From contig JBDRIA010000064.1 in the NCBI GenBank assembly GCA_043816345.1, positions 9,759 to 73,758 of the forward strand: a stretch of DNA of 64,000 bases. The letters are read 5' to 3'. This document shows positions 44,403-54,895 of the stretch, one piece after another. Source of the stretch: Chloroflexota bacterium. GTDB taxonomy: Bacteria; Chloroflexota; Dehalococcoidia; Lucifugimonadales; UBA2985. Made by a program: the position numbers and the translations under genes. The notes beneath the pieces were generated by a model. It did not search any database. It was not told the origin of the DNA and worked only from the letters and a program-made list of their open reading frames with translations. Position 1 is the first letter of the stretch. The number at the start of each line of letters is the position of its first letter.

Positions 44403-45746
44403 GTGACGACCAAGACCAGGGAACAGAGCCGGGAATATGTGCTCAAGACGGCAAAGGAGCAGGACGTAAAGTTCATACAGCTGTGGTTCACCGACATCCT
44501 GGGTATGCTAAAGAGCTTTGCCATCACAGTGGAGGAGCTTGAGGGTGCCCTGGAGGAAGGGATGGGTTTTGACGGGTCTTCTATCCAGGGTTTTGCCAGG
44601 ATTGACGAGAGCGACATGATGGCCCTGCCGGACCCCGATACCTTCCGTCTCCTCCCCTGGAGGCCCGAGGAGCGCAATGCTGTGGCCAGGATGTTCTGCG
44701 ACATCTTGAAGCCGGGCGGTGAGCCCTTCGAAGGAGATCCCAGGTATGTCCTGAAGAGAAATCTGAAGCGGGCAGCAGACAAGGGCTATACGTTCTACGT
44801 GGGGCCTGAACTGGAGTACTTCTATTTCCGGGATTCGAAGGGAACCGAGCCCCTGGATGAGGGGGGCTATTTTGACTGCACTCCTCTGGACGCAGCTAAT
44901 GATCTCAGGAGAGAGACGGTTCTTATGCTGGAGGAGATGGGCATTGGCGTTGAGTATTCTCACCATGAAGTTGCCGCCAGCCAGCACGAGATAGATATGA
45001 GATACACCGATGCCCTGACCATGGCCGACAATGTGATGACCTACCGACTGATAGTCAAGCAAATAGCTCTAAAGAACGGGGTTTATGCTACCTTTATGCC
45101 CAAACCTGTTTTCGGCATCAATGGCAGTGGCATGCATGTGCACCAGTCACTGTTCAAAGACGGGAGAAACGCTTTCTTTGATGTCAATGACCCATATCAT
45201 CTCTCCAGCGTGGCCAAGCATTATTTGGCCGGACTACTGAAACATGCTCCTGAAATCACATCTGTCTGTAACCAATGGGTCAACTCCTACAAGCGGTTGG
45301 TACCCGGCTACGAAGCGCCGGTATACCTTTCCTGGGCGCGGCGGAATCGGTCAGACCTGGTCAGGGTTCCGGAGTATAAGCCTGGCAAAGAGAACTCTAC
45401 CAGGGTAGAGTTCAGGTCACCTGACCCAGCGTGTAACCCTTATCTCGTCTTCAGCGTAATGCTGGCTGCTGGGCTGGCAGGAATCGAGAAGGAATACGAA
45501 GTTCCAATCCCCGTAGAAGAGAACGTGTATGAGATGACGAAAGAGGAAAGGGAGGGAAAGGGGATAGAGACTCTGCCTGCTAGTCTATGGGAAGCCATCC
45601 TTCTGACCCGGCAAAGTGAACTGGTGCGCGAGGTCCTTGGCGATCACGTTTTTTATGCCTTCCTTAGAAACAAGGAGATAGAGTGGAATAGCAATCGTAC
45701 TCAGGTCACTGAGTATGAGATTAAGAACTACCTACCGATACTTTAG
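44403..45746 (+). CDS. glnA: Glutamine synthetase, type I
   Basis: GTG start behind aaaggaga. VKFIQLWFTDILG, GFDGSSI, GPELEYF, HHEVAASQHEID, NGSGMHVHQS, RVPE. Confidence 0.95.
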   Translation: MTTKTREQSREYVLKTAKEQDVKFIQLWFTDILGMLKSFAITVEELEGALEEGMGFDGSSIQGFARIDESDMMALPDPDTFRLLPWRPEERNAVARMFCDILKPGGEPFEGDPRYVLKRNLKRAADKGYTFYVGPELEYFYFRDSKGTEPLDEGGYFDCTPLDAANDLRRETVLMLEEMGIGVEYSHHEVAASQHEIDMRYTDALTMADNVMTYRLIVKQIALKNGVYATFMPKPVFGINGSGMHVHQSLFKDGRNAFFDVNDPYHLSSVAKHYLAGLLKHAPEITSVCNQWVNSYKRLVPGYEAPVYLSWARRNRSDLVRVPEYKPGKENSTRVEFRSPDPACNPYLVFSVMLAAGLAGIEKEYEVPIPVEENVYEMTKEEREGKGIETLPASLWEAILLTRQSELVREVLGDHVFYAFLRNKEIEWNSNRTQVTEYEIKNYLPIL

Positions 45747-45902
45747 CCAACGCATAGGAAATACAGGAGTTTGCACTGGCCCTAGACACTGCTCGCTTGA
45801 GTCTATGCCCGGGTGTCTGGGTCTACATGGCATGGTTTTGCCTTTCACGGAGAGGGTGATAGAATGGTCGTGATCCTTTGGGAAGGACAGTGAAAGGTTA
45901 GC

Positions 45903-46898
45903 ATGCTGCAGGATACGATTTCCGACGCAGAAAAGAAGATCATAACCATTCTCAGAGTTCTGAGCGAATCCCCTGGGCCGATGGGGTCCATTGCCATCGC
46001 GCGAGAACTGGAGCACCATGGCGTTTACCTGAGCGAGAGAGCCGTCAGATACCACCTGAAAACAACAGACGAGAGGGGTTTCACCATTCCTCTAGGACGA
46101 GACGGCAGGATGATCACTGCCGAGGGACTCGAAGAGCAGCAGCTGGCGCTGGCTCCCCAACAGTTAAGCTTCATGCGGCACAGGCTTGAGTTGCTGGCTT
46201 TTCTTACCACCTTTGACCCAGAGAAACGGACGGGCCAGGTTCCCATAAACACGTCCCTCATCGACAAGGAGCGATTTACCGAGGCCCTTACAGCCATGAG
46301 GGATACGTTCAAGGCGGGGTTGTGCGCCAGTGAGCTAGTGGCAACGGCGCAAGAAGGGGGGAAACTTGGCGATGTGGTCATCCCAAAGGGCAAAGTGGGT
46401 CTGGCCACAGTTTGCAGTGTAGTCATAAACGGGGTACTGCTCAAACGCGGTGTCCCTACGGAATCTAAGTTCGGAGGGGTACTCGAAATCAGGCACCAGA
46501 GGCCCCGACGCTTTGTAGCGATGATCGAGTATGGTGGCACTTCCCTGGACCCCTCTGAGCAGTACATTCGTGCCAAGATGACCAGTGTAAACCAGGCTGT
46601 CAGCACAGGCAGCGGCAGGATACTTGCCAATTTCAGGGAGATGCCTGGGCCTGCCAGGCCAGTCGTTGAGGAAGTCGTTCCAATGCTCAAAGCGGCTGGC
46701 TTTGGAGGGATCTACCTCCTGGGCAATACCAGTGAGTCGATCTGCCAGATTGCGGTGGGATTGAACCGAATCGGTATGGTGCTCGTCGGTGGACTCAACC
46801 CACTGGCTGCTGCAACGGAGGCGGGGATCGAGGTTGAAAACGTGGGTGAAAGCGGCACCGTCGATTTTGAGCAGATGGTCAGCTTCTTGGATCTCTGA
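45903..46898 (+). CDS. nrpR: NrpR-type nitrogen regulatory repressor (winged helix plus one NrpR/DUF128 domain)
   Basis: ILRVLSESPGPMGSIAIARELEHHGVYLSERAVRYHLKTTDERGFT...GRDGRMITAEGLEE matches the N-terminal pattern of methanogen NrpR proteins. The remainder looks like a single NRD domain. Sits next to glnA. Confidence 0.8.
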   Translation: MLQDTISDAEKKIITILRVLSESPGPMGSIAIARELEHHGVYLSERAVRYHLKTTDERGFTIPLGRDGRMITAEGLEEQQLALAPQQLSFMRHRLELLAFLTTFDPEKRTGQVPINTSLIDKERFTEALTAMRDTFKAGLCASELVATAQEGGKLGDVVIPKGKVGLATVCSVVINGVLLKRGVPTESKFGGVLEIRHQRPRRFVAMIEYGGTSLDPSEQYIRAKMTSVNQAVSTGSGRILANFREMPGPARPVVEEVVPMLKAAGFGGIYLLGNTSESICQIAVGLNRIGMVLVGGLNPLAAATEAGIEVENVGESGTVDFEQMVSFLDL

Positions 46899-46968
46899 TT
46901 TAATTCCTATTTCGTGATGGCCACTGGGCAATGCTATACTGTTGGTCACAACTGGTGAGGAGGCTCGC

Positions 46969-47172
46969 ATGGCAGAAGTGACAATCACCCTACTTCCGAA
47001 CGGTCCCTTCGTGGTCGCTGGGCCCATGAGGCTGGTTGACAGCGAAGGTGCCGAGTACCAGCTAAAGGGCGACAAAATCGCATTGTGTCGTTGCGGAGGG
47101 TCTTCCAACAAGCCATTCTGCGATGGCACCCACAGAAGCATCGACTTCCAAGCCCCTAGCAAGGCTTTCTAG
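46969..47172 (+). CDS. CDGSH-type iron-sulfur domain protein
   Basis: CRCGGSSNKPFCDGTH signature. Start placed at the internal Met of ORF 46942..47172. Confidence 0.85.
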   Translation: MAEVTITLLPNGPFVVAGPMRLVDSEGAEYQLKGDKIALCRCGGSSNKPFCDGTHRSIDFQAPSKAF

Positions 47173-47464
47173 GGACTTCCCTGGCTCAATTGCTGGGTCT
47201 TTTTCAAGCTGCATCGACTTCAATTCAAGCGGCGTTGCATTACGATACCTGTCTGCCTTGAGATCTGTGGCAGACGTTACCGAAGACGAGCTGTCCCAGG
47301 CTGGGGATGTCCAGATTGTTCTGAGTGCTATTGAGTGCTACTATGAACTATCAAGCAACTAGGTTGTGCACTACCACTAGCGATAACCAAAGGCAACGGG
47401 CTTGAATCGTCCCAGCGGTTTCATGTGTATAATGGTCTGATGTTCAAGGTTCAAAGGAGAACCT

Positions 47465-48205
47465 GTGCTGGACTCCCTCTTTGACGTGCCGGTGGCTTTC
47501 GCCTTCGGTGCAGGGATGGTGGCTGCCTTCAACCCCTGCGGTGCGGCCATGCTTCCGGCGTACATAGGGTATCAGTTGAGCGGCGGCGCTGAGACCACCG
47601 ACCCTCTGAGGGCCGTGCTGCGGGGTTTTTACCTGGGAGGGGTGGTCACCTCGGGATTTGTGGTCCTATCCCTGGCCGTGGGGCTTATCATCACCGTTGG
47701 TGGAGACGCCATTTTCAACATCGTCCCCTTCGCCGGGTTGGGCGTGGGCATTGGGATCGCTCTCCTGGGCCTGTGGCTGCTCATCAGTGGAAAGCACATG
47801 GGAATCTGGGCCGCTACCAGGGTGAGCACAAGCAACGAGCGCAGTGTAAAGGGGGTATTCCTCTTCGGCATGGCCTATGCAATCTGCTCGCTGGGGTGTG
47901 CCTTCCCCATATTCCTGGCCGCGGTGGGTATCCTCGCCGGGCAGAACCTGGGTGACCTGGACCTGCTCTCCTCTTTGCTACGATTTGCCAGCTATGGCCT
48001 GGGCATGGGAATGGTGCTCACGGGGGTAACCCTGGGGGTAGTCTTCTTCAGGGAGACGGTGTCACAGATGCTTCGTCGCGTGTTCCCCTACATGGGCGTT
48101 GCGGGGAATCTGGCCCTCATCGGCGCCGGAAGCTACCTCATCTGGTACTGGACCCTGGGTGCCGGCGGAGAGCTTCTGGCCTTTAGGCTGGAGAGGCTGT
48201 TCTGA
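47465..48205 (+). CDS. ccdA: CcdA/DsbD-type thiol:disulfide transmembrane electron transporter
   Basis: Multi-TM product with AAFNPCGAAMLPAY and a second Cys motif AYAICSLGCAFP. Confidence 0.85.
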   Translation: MLDSLFDVPVAFAFGAGMVAAFNPCGAAMLPAYIGYQLSGGAETTDPLRAVLRGFYLGGVVTSGFVVLSLAVGLIITVGGDAIFNIVPFAGLGVGIGIALLGLWLLISGKHMGIWAATRVSTSNERSVKGVFLFGMAYAICSLGCAFPIFLAAVGILAGQNLGDLDLLSSLLRFASYGLGMGMVLTGVTLGVVFFRETVSQMLRRVFPYMGVAGNLALIGAGSYLIWYWTLGAGGELLAFRLERLF

Positions 48206-48292
48206 GACGCTCTACGAGGAGCGCACGTAAACGGCATGAGGATGTTATGGGGCGGCATGATGGTGGGGCCATGTGATCGAGAGAAAGTGGAA

Positions 48293-48988
48293 TCAGCCCC
48301 CGCGTAGAAGGGGAATGGGGTTGAAGCTGGTGTCGTAGTCGTAGTGGTCCATCCCTTCCCGCCGCTTTAGCCATCCAATCACCAGATAGGTCAGAGGGGT
48401 GACCGCGGTCTCATAGATGACCTTGGCCGTCCACTGGGTCAGGATGAGCCGTGCGAGGGGGGAGTCCGTGCCCCCGAAGGCCAGGGTGATAAATACCAGA
48501 GAGTCGATCCCCTGCCCGACCACTGTTGAGCCGATGGTGCGGCTCCATAGCCAGTGGCCCCGGGTCCAGACTTTCATCCTGGCCAGGATAGCGGAGTTGG
48601 CCAGCTCTCCCACCAGATAGGCGGCGAAGGAGGCCCCAAGAAGGCGGGGCGTATAGCCCAGGATGGTGTCGTAGGCCTCCTGGTGGCCCCAGAACGAGGC
48701 CGAGGCCAGGAGACCCCCGCCCCAGATGGCCGCCACTGCTACCAGGTTACAGAGGAAGCCAAGCCATATGACCGCCCGGGCATAGCGATAGCCGTATACC
48801 TCGGTGAGAATGTCCCCGATTATGTAGCTCAGGGGGAAGATGATGATGGCAGCGGGGAGAACGTGCCCGAAGATGCTCACCAGCTTGACGGCTATGATGT
48901 TTGCGGTGATGAGGCAGGTGACGAAAAGGGCGGCCACCACCACGAAGGTTGGCGTTACTCTTGATGGGTAGGCTTTGGTCTCCACCAC
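48293..48988 (-). CDS. yhhQ: Queuosine-precursor transporter (YhhQ/VUT family)
   Basis: ITANIIAVKLV...IIFPLSYIIGDILTEVYGY...TVVGQGIDSLVF pattern. Confidence 0.85.
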   Translation of the reverse strand: MVETKAYPSRVTPTFVVVAALFVTCLITANIIAVKLVSIFGHVLPAAIIIFPLSYIIGDILTEVYGYRYARAVIWLGFLCNLVAVAAIWGGGLLASASFWGHQEAYDTILGYTPRLLGASFAAYLVGELANSAILARMKVWTRGHWLWSRTIGSTVVGQGIDSLVFITLAFGGTDSPLARLILTQWTAKVIYETAVTPLTYLVIGWLKRREGMDHYDYDTSFNPIPLLRGG

Positions 48989-48989
48989 G

Positions 48990-49418
48990 TTACATCTCTG
49001 GGGCCGGGTATGTTACGTCTACTGCGGTGTGGATGCCGCCCCGGGTCTTGTAGTCCAGGGTCAGGGCCAGGCGGCGGGGTTGGCACACCTCCACCAGGTC
49101 TCGGAGAATGCGGTTGGCGGCGTGCTCCTGGACTATTCCCACCTGCCTGTAGGATAGCAGGTAGTACTTGAATGACTTGAGTTCAAGGAGCTTCCCGTGG
49201 GGCACGTAACGGACGGTGAGGGTTCCGAAGTCGGGGAGGCCGGTCCAGGGACACACGGCGGTGAACTCATCGCTGTCAATTACTATCTCGCACTCCTGTT
49301 GGGGATACTCGTAGTCGAAGGCCAGAAGGCACGAGGCATCTATGGCCTCCTCTCCCCTAATCTCATAGGTGTGCTCCAGGCTGGAATACGCTTCCCTAAG
49401 GTCCTCCACTTTGGCCAT
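48990..49418 (-). CDS. queF: NADPH-dependent 7-cyano-7-deazaguanine reductase
   Basis: EFTAVCPWTGLPDFGTLTVRYVP...LELKSFKYYL...QEH motifs of unimodular QueF. Confidence 0.92.
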   Translation of the reverse strand: MAKVEDLREAYSSLEHTYEIRGEEAIDASCLLAFDYEYPQQECEIVIDSDEFTAVCPWTGLPDFGTLTVRYVPHGKLLELKSFKYYLLSYRQVGIVQEHAANRILRDLVEVCQPRRLALTLDYKTRGGIHTAVDVTYPAPEM

Positions 49419-49499
49419 GCCTCAGCCCCTTTCAAGAATGTGATGGAAGTATATTATATTCTAAAGGCTTCGTTGGAAAGGCTTTGAAGAGTGTAAGAC

Positions 49500-49943
49500 A
49501 TGGAAGCGATCATTGGAGTAATCGTAGGGGCTGCTTTAGGGTTAGTTGGGGCGTATTTTCAGAACCGCTGGTCTGATAAACGAAATGCCATAGAGAGGAA
49601 GGCCGAATACTATACCAATATCTTGGGACACTTATCGACTCTGCGATTCTGCAATTGGGCCTTTCTAAGGGAAGAAACGGAGGGACTCCCTTATAGCAAT
49701 GAATACCGTGAAGAGCTTATGAAGCTAAATCATGAGGCAAAGATTAGAGTGGAGCAGGCCGATGCTACTGGAGACGTCTATATGCCCAAAGAGGCAGCTG
49801 AATCCCTTCATGCAGTATTGCGAGTTTGGTCCAACTCCACACCTGAGTCCTATTATGACGACCTAGAAACGACAGCTAAGGTTGTCAATACAGCAATAAC
49901 TAACATCGTCCAGGCGGCAAAGAACGACCTAAAAGTGAAGTAA
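49500..49943 (+). CDS. Hypothetical protein with an N-terminal TM helix (lower-GC gene)
   Basis: ORF only. No recognisable family. Confidence 0.4.
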   Translation: MEAIIGVIVGAALGLVGAYFQNRWSDKRNAIERKAEYYTNILGHLSTLRFCNWAFLREETEGLPYSNEYREELMKLNHEAKIRVEQADATGDVYMPKEAAESLHAVLRVWSNSTPESYYDDLETTAKVVNTAITNIVQAAKNDLKVK

Positions 49944-50042
49944 CTCACTCGCTACTGTTCTTTGACCGCATGTGGTGAGCTAAATTGACCGGCACCAATG
50001 TTGGGAGCCGGCCTTGGCTTGTCTATCGGTGCGTTCGTTGAC

Positions 50043-50789
50043 CTACTTGCCCAGCTCTCCTAGCTGGTACATCACAGCCGCGGCCATGGCCAGTCCTGCC
50101 GTCTCACCTCGGAGGATGCGCCGGCCCAGGCTGACGGGCACGACGCCTGCAGCCCTGGCCTCTTCGACTTCCCTGGGCTCAAAGCCGCCTTCCGGCCCCA
50201 CGAAGAAGCTTTGACCTTCGCCTTTGATCCTCTCTATGTGCTCCACGAAGGTTTCCCTGAACCCCTTCTCCGTCTCTCCCTCCCAGGCCATGAGCCGTAC
50301 GCCCGAAGCCACGGCCAAGGCCTCACTCAAGGGAACCAGGGGGTTCCAGGAATGGGATACAGGCCCGCCCGGACTGCTCCGCCGCCTCGGTGATGATAGT
50401 GCGCCACCGGGGATACTTGCCATGGGCCAAGCCCTTTGACGCCCTGGGGACACTGCGGTGGCACAACATGGGGACAAAGGCAGATATACCCATCTCGGTG
50501 CCCTTCTGGAGCACCATCTCGAATTTGTCCCTTTTGAGTACTCCCTGGTAAAGGGTCAGGAGCACTCCCGGATTACCAAAGCCTCCTCGTTTTTCCACCA
50601 CCGCACCTTCGATACAAGAGGGAGATATACTCTGGAGCGCCACGACGTACTCATATCCGGAGTTGTCCATCAGCACAACGTGGTCTCCTGTGCGGAGGCG
50701 AAGCACCTGGGCCACCTGCCGGGCTACAGGGCCATCCACACGAGCCTGGGCTTCCTGGATGCCTCAGGGGCTACAAAGAACCGGTGCAT
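50043..50789 (-). pseudogene. rsmE: 16S rRNA (uracil1498-N3)-methyltransferase RsmE carrying two compensating frameshifts
   Basis: MHRFFVAPE (ATG complement 50787..50789) and the C-terminal ORF 50043..50477 (FFVGPEGGFEPREVE...LGRRILRGETAG) share one frame. The homologous middle part (ORF 50323..50739: VLRLRTGDHVVL...RWRTIITEAAEQSGRACIP) is in another frame. Confidence 0.8.
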
Positions 50790-50791
50790 TG

Positions 50792-51697
50792 CTATCCCCT
50801 GGTTTTTGACCCCACCAGGACTGCCCAATCGCCCTCGCGGTCCAATCGGAGGAGGGTGCAGCCCTCTGCTTCCAGGCACTTTTCCACCTCCGCCACTCGG
50901 TCCGCCATTATGCCGGAAACTATTAGATGACCCTGTGGGACAAGCTGCGCCATCAGAGTCGGAGCCATGTCCAGAATGACCTTGGTGTAGAGATTGGCTA
51001 CCACCAGGTCAAACCCGCTCTCGGTGCTATCCTGGGAAGATATGGTGCGGCGCTGTACCTTGACCACGCGCTGGAGGCCGTTGGCCCGAACGTTGGCCCG
51101 TGCGGCCCTTATGGCTATGGGGTCTATGTCCAAAGCCAGAACGTGGTCGGCACCCAGCTTGGCCGCGGCAATGGTCAGAATGCCTGAGCCTGTTCCCACG
51201 TCCATCACTTTCATACCAGGCGTTATCAGCTTCTCCATCTCCGTAAGGCACATATGGGTGGTGGGGTGGTGGCCTGTGCCGAAGGCCATTCCAGGGTCCA
51301 TCCCGATGACCACTTCTCCAGGCTTGGCCGTGTATTCCATCCAAGATGGGCAGATGACAATCCGTCCCATGTGCAGCACGGAGAAGTGGCTCTTCCACGA
51401 CTCCATCCATTCGCCCTCTTCCATGACCCGCTCCTCCAGAGGGGAAAGGGGACAAAGGCGGGAAATCAGGTCCACAGCTACCTTGATTTGCTCTTTACGA
51501 GACTCGGTGGTGCGGTTGATGGGCAGGTAGGAGCGGAGTATGGCCGTGGAGTCATCCGCTGCTGTTTCGCCTTCGTCGGGATTGTAGCCCCCCAGCGACT
51601 CCACGGCGACACCTCCATAGCCATAACGCTGAAAGACGACTGAGAGGGGTTCCACGTATTCTGCCGGCGCCCGAAGGCTTAACTCAAGCCATTTCAT
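50792..51697 (-). CDS. prmA: Ribosomal protein L11 methyltransferase
   Basis: MKWLELS..., FGTGHHPTT, VMDVGTGSGILTIAAAKLGA. Confidence 0.92.
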   Translation of the reverse strand: MKWLELSLRAPAEYVEPLSVVFQRYGYGGVAVESLGGYNPDEGETAADDSTAILRSYLPINRTTESRKEQIKVAVDLISRLCPLSPLEERVMEEGEWMESWKSHFSVLHMGRIVICPSWMEYTAKPGEVVIGMDPGMAFGTGHHPTTHMCLTEMEKLITPGMKVMDVGTGSGILTIAAAKLGADHVLALDIDPIAIRAARANVRANGLQRVVKVQRRTISSQDSTESGFDLVVANLYTKVILDMAPTLMAQLVPQGHLIVSGIMADRVAEVEKCLEAEGCTLLRLDREGDWAVLVGSKTRG

Positions 51698-51865
51698 ATT
51701 GCTTTTGCTGCCTTCCTTTGCCCTTATAGACTATCTCAGGAGTCCTGTAGGGGGAGTTACTTGACGTGAGTGGAAGCTGGCAAGGAATGGAGAGGGACGA
51801 TGGCCACCGGTGGTGCGAGGCTCCGGCAGGTTAAGATTCTGGCTCTACCAATAGAAAACAAGGCT

Positions 51866-52993
51866 CTAGCCGTCTTTCCCCATGGCGTCTTTAATCTTGC
51901 CCAACCAGCCCTTGTCATCCTTGGAGCCGTTGCTCATAGTCTCGGCCAGCGCGGCAAAAAGCTGGCGTTGGCGTTCGTCCAGGTTCTTGGGAGTGACCAC
52001 GTTTACAATTACCAGATGGTCACCCCGTTTGCCTTTGGCGGAATAAGGGACTCCCTTACCTTTGATACGGAACTCAGCACCTGACTGAGTGCCTCCTGGG
52101 ATACGTATGGTTTCCGGGCCGCTCAGCGTAGGAACCTGAAACTCGTCTCCCAAAGCTGCTTGGGCGAAGTTTACGGGAAGCTCAAGGAGAATATCGTGGT
52201 CTCTGCGTTGGAAGATCTCGTGGGGCTTTACTAGAAGCTCAATGTACAGGTTGCCCGGCATGCCGCCGTTGCTCCCTGCATCCCCTTCCCTGGTCAGGCG
52301 GACCTGCATGCCGTCCTCTACTCCAGGGGGGATGTCCACCCTGATTTTGCGGTTTCGCCGTTCTCGCGCGGACCCACGGCAGTGGGAGCAGGGGTTGGTT
52401 ATGATGCTTCCCTCTCCATTGCACTGGGTGCACGGACCAACCTGGGTGAACTGCCCAAAGATGCTACGCTGGATCCTTCTGACCTGCCCCGTACCATGGC
52501 AATGAGGGCACTGTGCCGGCGAGCTCCCCGATTCTGCGCCGGTACCTCTGCAGCTACTGCACGGCTCCACTCGCCCGACCTCTATCTCTTTGTCCACCCC
52601 AAATACGGCTTCCTCAAAGGATATGGTGGTGGTGGTGCGTATGTCGCGTCCATTTTGGGGTGCCCTGCGGGTGCGGGTGCCAAAGCCACCGAAGAAGGCA
52701 TCGAAGATATCCCCGAAGCCTCCAAAGGTCTCAGAGCCCTCAAACCCCCGGCCCGCTCCTCTTCCAGCTCCCATCCCCAGGTGGCCGAAGCGATCATACT
52801 GCGCTCTTTTCTGGGGATCACTGAGCACCTGGTAGGCAGAGTTGATCTCTTTGAACTTTTCCTGGGCACTGGGGTCCCTGTTCCTGTCGGGATGGTACTC
52901 CAGGGCCAAGCGACGGAACTTGGTCCTTATCTCCTCCTGGGAGGCATTGCGGGGAACCCCCAGGACTTGGTAGTAATCTCTCTCGTTGGTCAT
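51866..52993 (-). CDS. dnaJ: Chaperone DnaJ
   Basis: J domain (DYYQVLGV...HPDRN), G/F region and four CxxCxGxG zinc motifs. Confidence 0.95.
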   Translation of the reverse strand: MTNERDYYQVLGVPRNASQEEIRTKFRRLALEYHPDRNRDPSAQEKFKEINSAYQVLSDPQKRAQYDRFGHLGMGAGRGAGRGFEGSETFGGFGDIFDAFFGGFGTRTRRAPQNGRDIRTTTTISFEEAVFGVDKEIEVGRVEPCSSCRGTGAESGSSPAQCPHCHGTGQVRRIQRSIFGQFTQVGPCTQCNGEGSIITNPCSHCRGSARERRNRKIRVDIPPGVEDGMQVRLTREGDAGSNGGMPGNLYIELLVKPHEIFQRRDHDILLELPVNFAQAALGDEFQVPTLSGPETIRIPGGTQSGAEFRIKGKGVPYSAKGKRGDHLVIVNVVTPKNLDERQRQLFAALAETMSNGSKDDKGWLGKIKDAMGKDG

Positions 52994-53239
52994 GGTCTGG
53001 AATCTTCCGTGCGATATACCAACCTACATTATATTCCACGCCGTGGCCAGGGCACAACCACTATCATATCTCCTGAGAGATTAAGTCGGGTGTACTGGGT
53101 CAGGACATAACATATTGGACGGGACCTCTTCATACCACGGGACGAGCATTGAGCTGCAGACTAGATCATCGCCCCGCCTTGGCAAACCCTCTGCTGTAGG
53201 CTATTCTTCTCTTTAGCTATTAGAAAGAGGAGGCCCATC

Positions 53240-54499
53240 TTGTACCGTGCTCCCAGAGGCACGGCGGACATCCTGCCGGAAGAGCAGAGGCACTGGCACT
53301 ATATAGAGGCCAGGGCCAGGGCTGCGGGACACCGTTTTGGCTATGGCCAACTTGCAACTCCGGTGTTCGAGAACACCGGCTTGTTTGTGCGGAGCGTGGG
53401 CCAGGGCACTGACATTGTGGAGAAGGAGATGTACTCCTTTCAGGACAGGGGAGGCGATTACATGACCCTTCGCCCCGAAGGCACGGCCCCTGTCTGTCGC
53501 GCATACCTGGAGCACGGCATGCACAATCTGCCACAACCCGTGCGCCTGCACTACTTCGGCCCTGCCTTTCGATACGAGCGTCCCCAGGCAGGGCGATACC
53601 GGCAGCATCATCAGTTCGGCATTGAAGCCCTGGGAGATGGCGATCCCTCCGTGGACGCCGAGGTCGTGGAGATGGCCTGGCAGCTTATGAAGGACCTGGG
53701 CCTCAAGGACCTCACCCTGCTCATCAACAGCATAGGCGATCCCCAGTGCAGGCCAACCTACCTGGAGCGTCTCAAGGACTACTACGCATCTCGGGCTGAA
53801 CACCTTTGCCAGGATTGCAGGGAGAGGCTGGAACGCAGCCCTCTGCGTCTGCTGGACTGCAAGCATCAGACCTGTATGGCCATGGCGCAGGAGGCTCCAA
53901 GAACCATTGACCACCTCTGCTCCCAGTGCCAAGACCACTGGGAGCAGCTGCTGGGCTACCTGCAAAGGCTGGATGTCCCCTTTAGTGTGGAGCCCAGGCT
54001 AGTACGGGGCTTGGACTACTATACCCGCACTGTCTTTGAGATTCAGCCCCCGGAGGAAGGGAGCCAGAGCACTATTTGCGCCGGAGGCCGCTACGACGGG
54101 CTTATTCAGGAGCTGGACGGGCCTCCCACGCCGGGCATCGGCTTTGCCGCGGGGATGGAGCGCATGGTGCTAAACCTCAAACGCCAGGGTGTGACGGTGC
54201 CTGTGGAGGACTCCGTAAGAGCCATTGTTGCCTACCTGGGAGACGATGCCAAGGAGACGGCCATTTCCCTGGCATCTCAACTGCGGAGCAAGGGAATGGG
54301 GGCTATTCTGGCCCCGGCGGGCCGCAGCCTGCGGGCCCAGTTGCGCTACGCCAACTCCCTGGGCATACCCTACGCCCTCATCCTGGGCGAGGATGAGATG
54401 AAAAGAGGCTCTGTAATCCTCCGCGACATGGCGCAGGGTGAGCAGCGGGAGGTGCCGATTCAAGGAGTAGCGGAGGAACTGGATACGGGTGGCCAGTGA
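53240..54499 (+). CDS. hisS: Histidine-tRNA ligase
   Basis: TTG start. PRGTADILP, MYSFQDRGG, LRPEGT, FRYERPQAGRYRQHHQFG and GGRYDGL class II motifs. Confidence 0.95.
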   Translation: MYRAPRGTADILPEEQRHWHYIEARARAAGHRFGYGQLATPVFENTGLFVRSVGQGTDIVEKEMYSFQDRGGDYMTLRPEGTAPVCRAYLEHGMHNLPQPVRLHYFGPAFRYERPQAGRYRQHHQFGIEALGDGDPSVDAEVVEMAWQLMKDLGLKDLTLLINSIGDPQCRPTYLERLKDYYASRAEHLCQDCRERLERSPLRLLDCKHQTCMAMAQEAPRTIDHLCSQCQDHWEQLLGYLQRLDVPFSVEPRLVRGLDYYTRTVFEIQPPEEGSQSTICAGGRYDGLIQELDGPPTPGIGFAAGMERMVLNLKRQGVTVPVEDSVRAIVAYLGDDAKETAISLASQLRSKGMGAILAPAGRSLRAQLRYANSLGIPYALILGEDEMKRGSVILRDMAQGEQREVPIQGVAEELDTGGQ

Positions 54500-54751
54500 G
54501 TGTCTGAGGGACTTTTGATTGTTTGGAGAATTTTTCGCGTTCTGGAAGCCGGAACGGGGTGCGCTGTTTGGTTGAATGTAGTGGGCTAGCTTCTCCAGGG
54601 GCGCGCTTTTGCATGGCGCGGCGAGTATAGCAAGGAGGTGGAGATATGGGAAAGTCGGGGATGGCAGTAGCACTGAGACCGTTGCCAGGGTTGGCAGCAC
54701 GCAAAGAGTAGATGCCCAAGGACGAGAGCGGCTTGGCTTGTCCGCTCGTAT

Positions 54752-54825
54752 GGTTCGACAGGCTCACCACGAGCGGAGGGGAAGTCCCGCTCATCCTGAG
54801 CGCTGTCGAAGGACATGAGCGGGAC
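54752..54825. repeat. GC-rich dispersed repeat (family B) plus an adjacent hairpin unit
   Basis: GGTTCGACAGGCTCACCACGAGCGG is identical to 61168..61192. It is followed by the hairpin GTCCCGCTCAT...ATGAGCGGGAC (54784..54825). Confidence 0.85.
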
Positions 54826-54895
54826 TTAAAGTATGATAAGTTAATTCAAGTTTGCAAAAGGGACTTCTAAACCCTGACATATAAAGGTCAAGATA

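Noticed and set aside
49419-49499. preQ1 riboswitch expected upstream of queF-yhhQ (minus strand)
   Set aside because: The 80-nt leader shows a TATAAT-like box and a direct repeat (aaaggctt twice). It lacks the small hairpin plus A-rich tail of preQ1-I and has no preQ1-II/III-like features that I could recognise.
53000-53239. T-box leader upstream of hisS
   Set aside because: No T-box sequence (AA..GGGTGGTACCGCG-like) or specifier/antiterminator architecture is visible.
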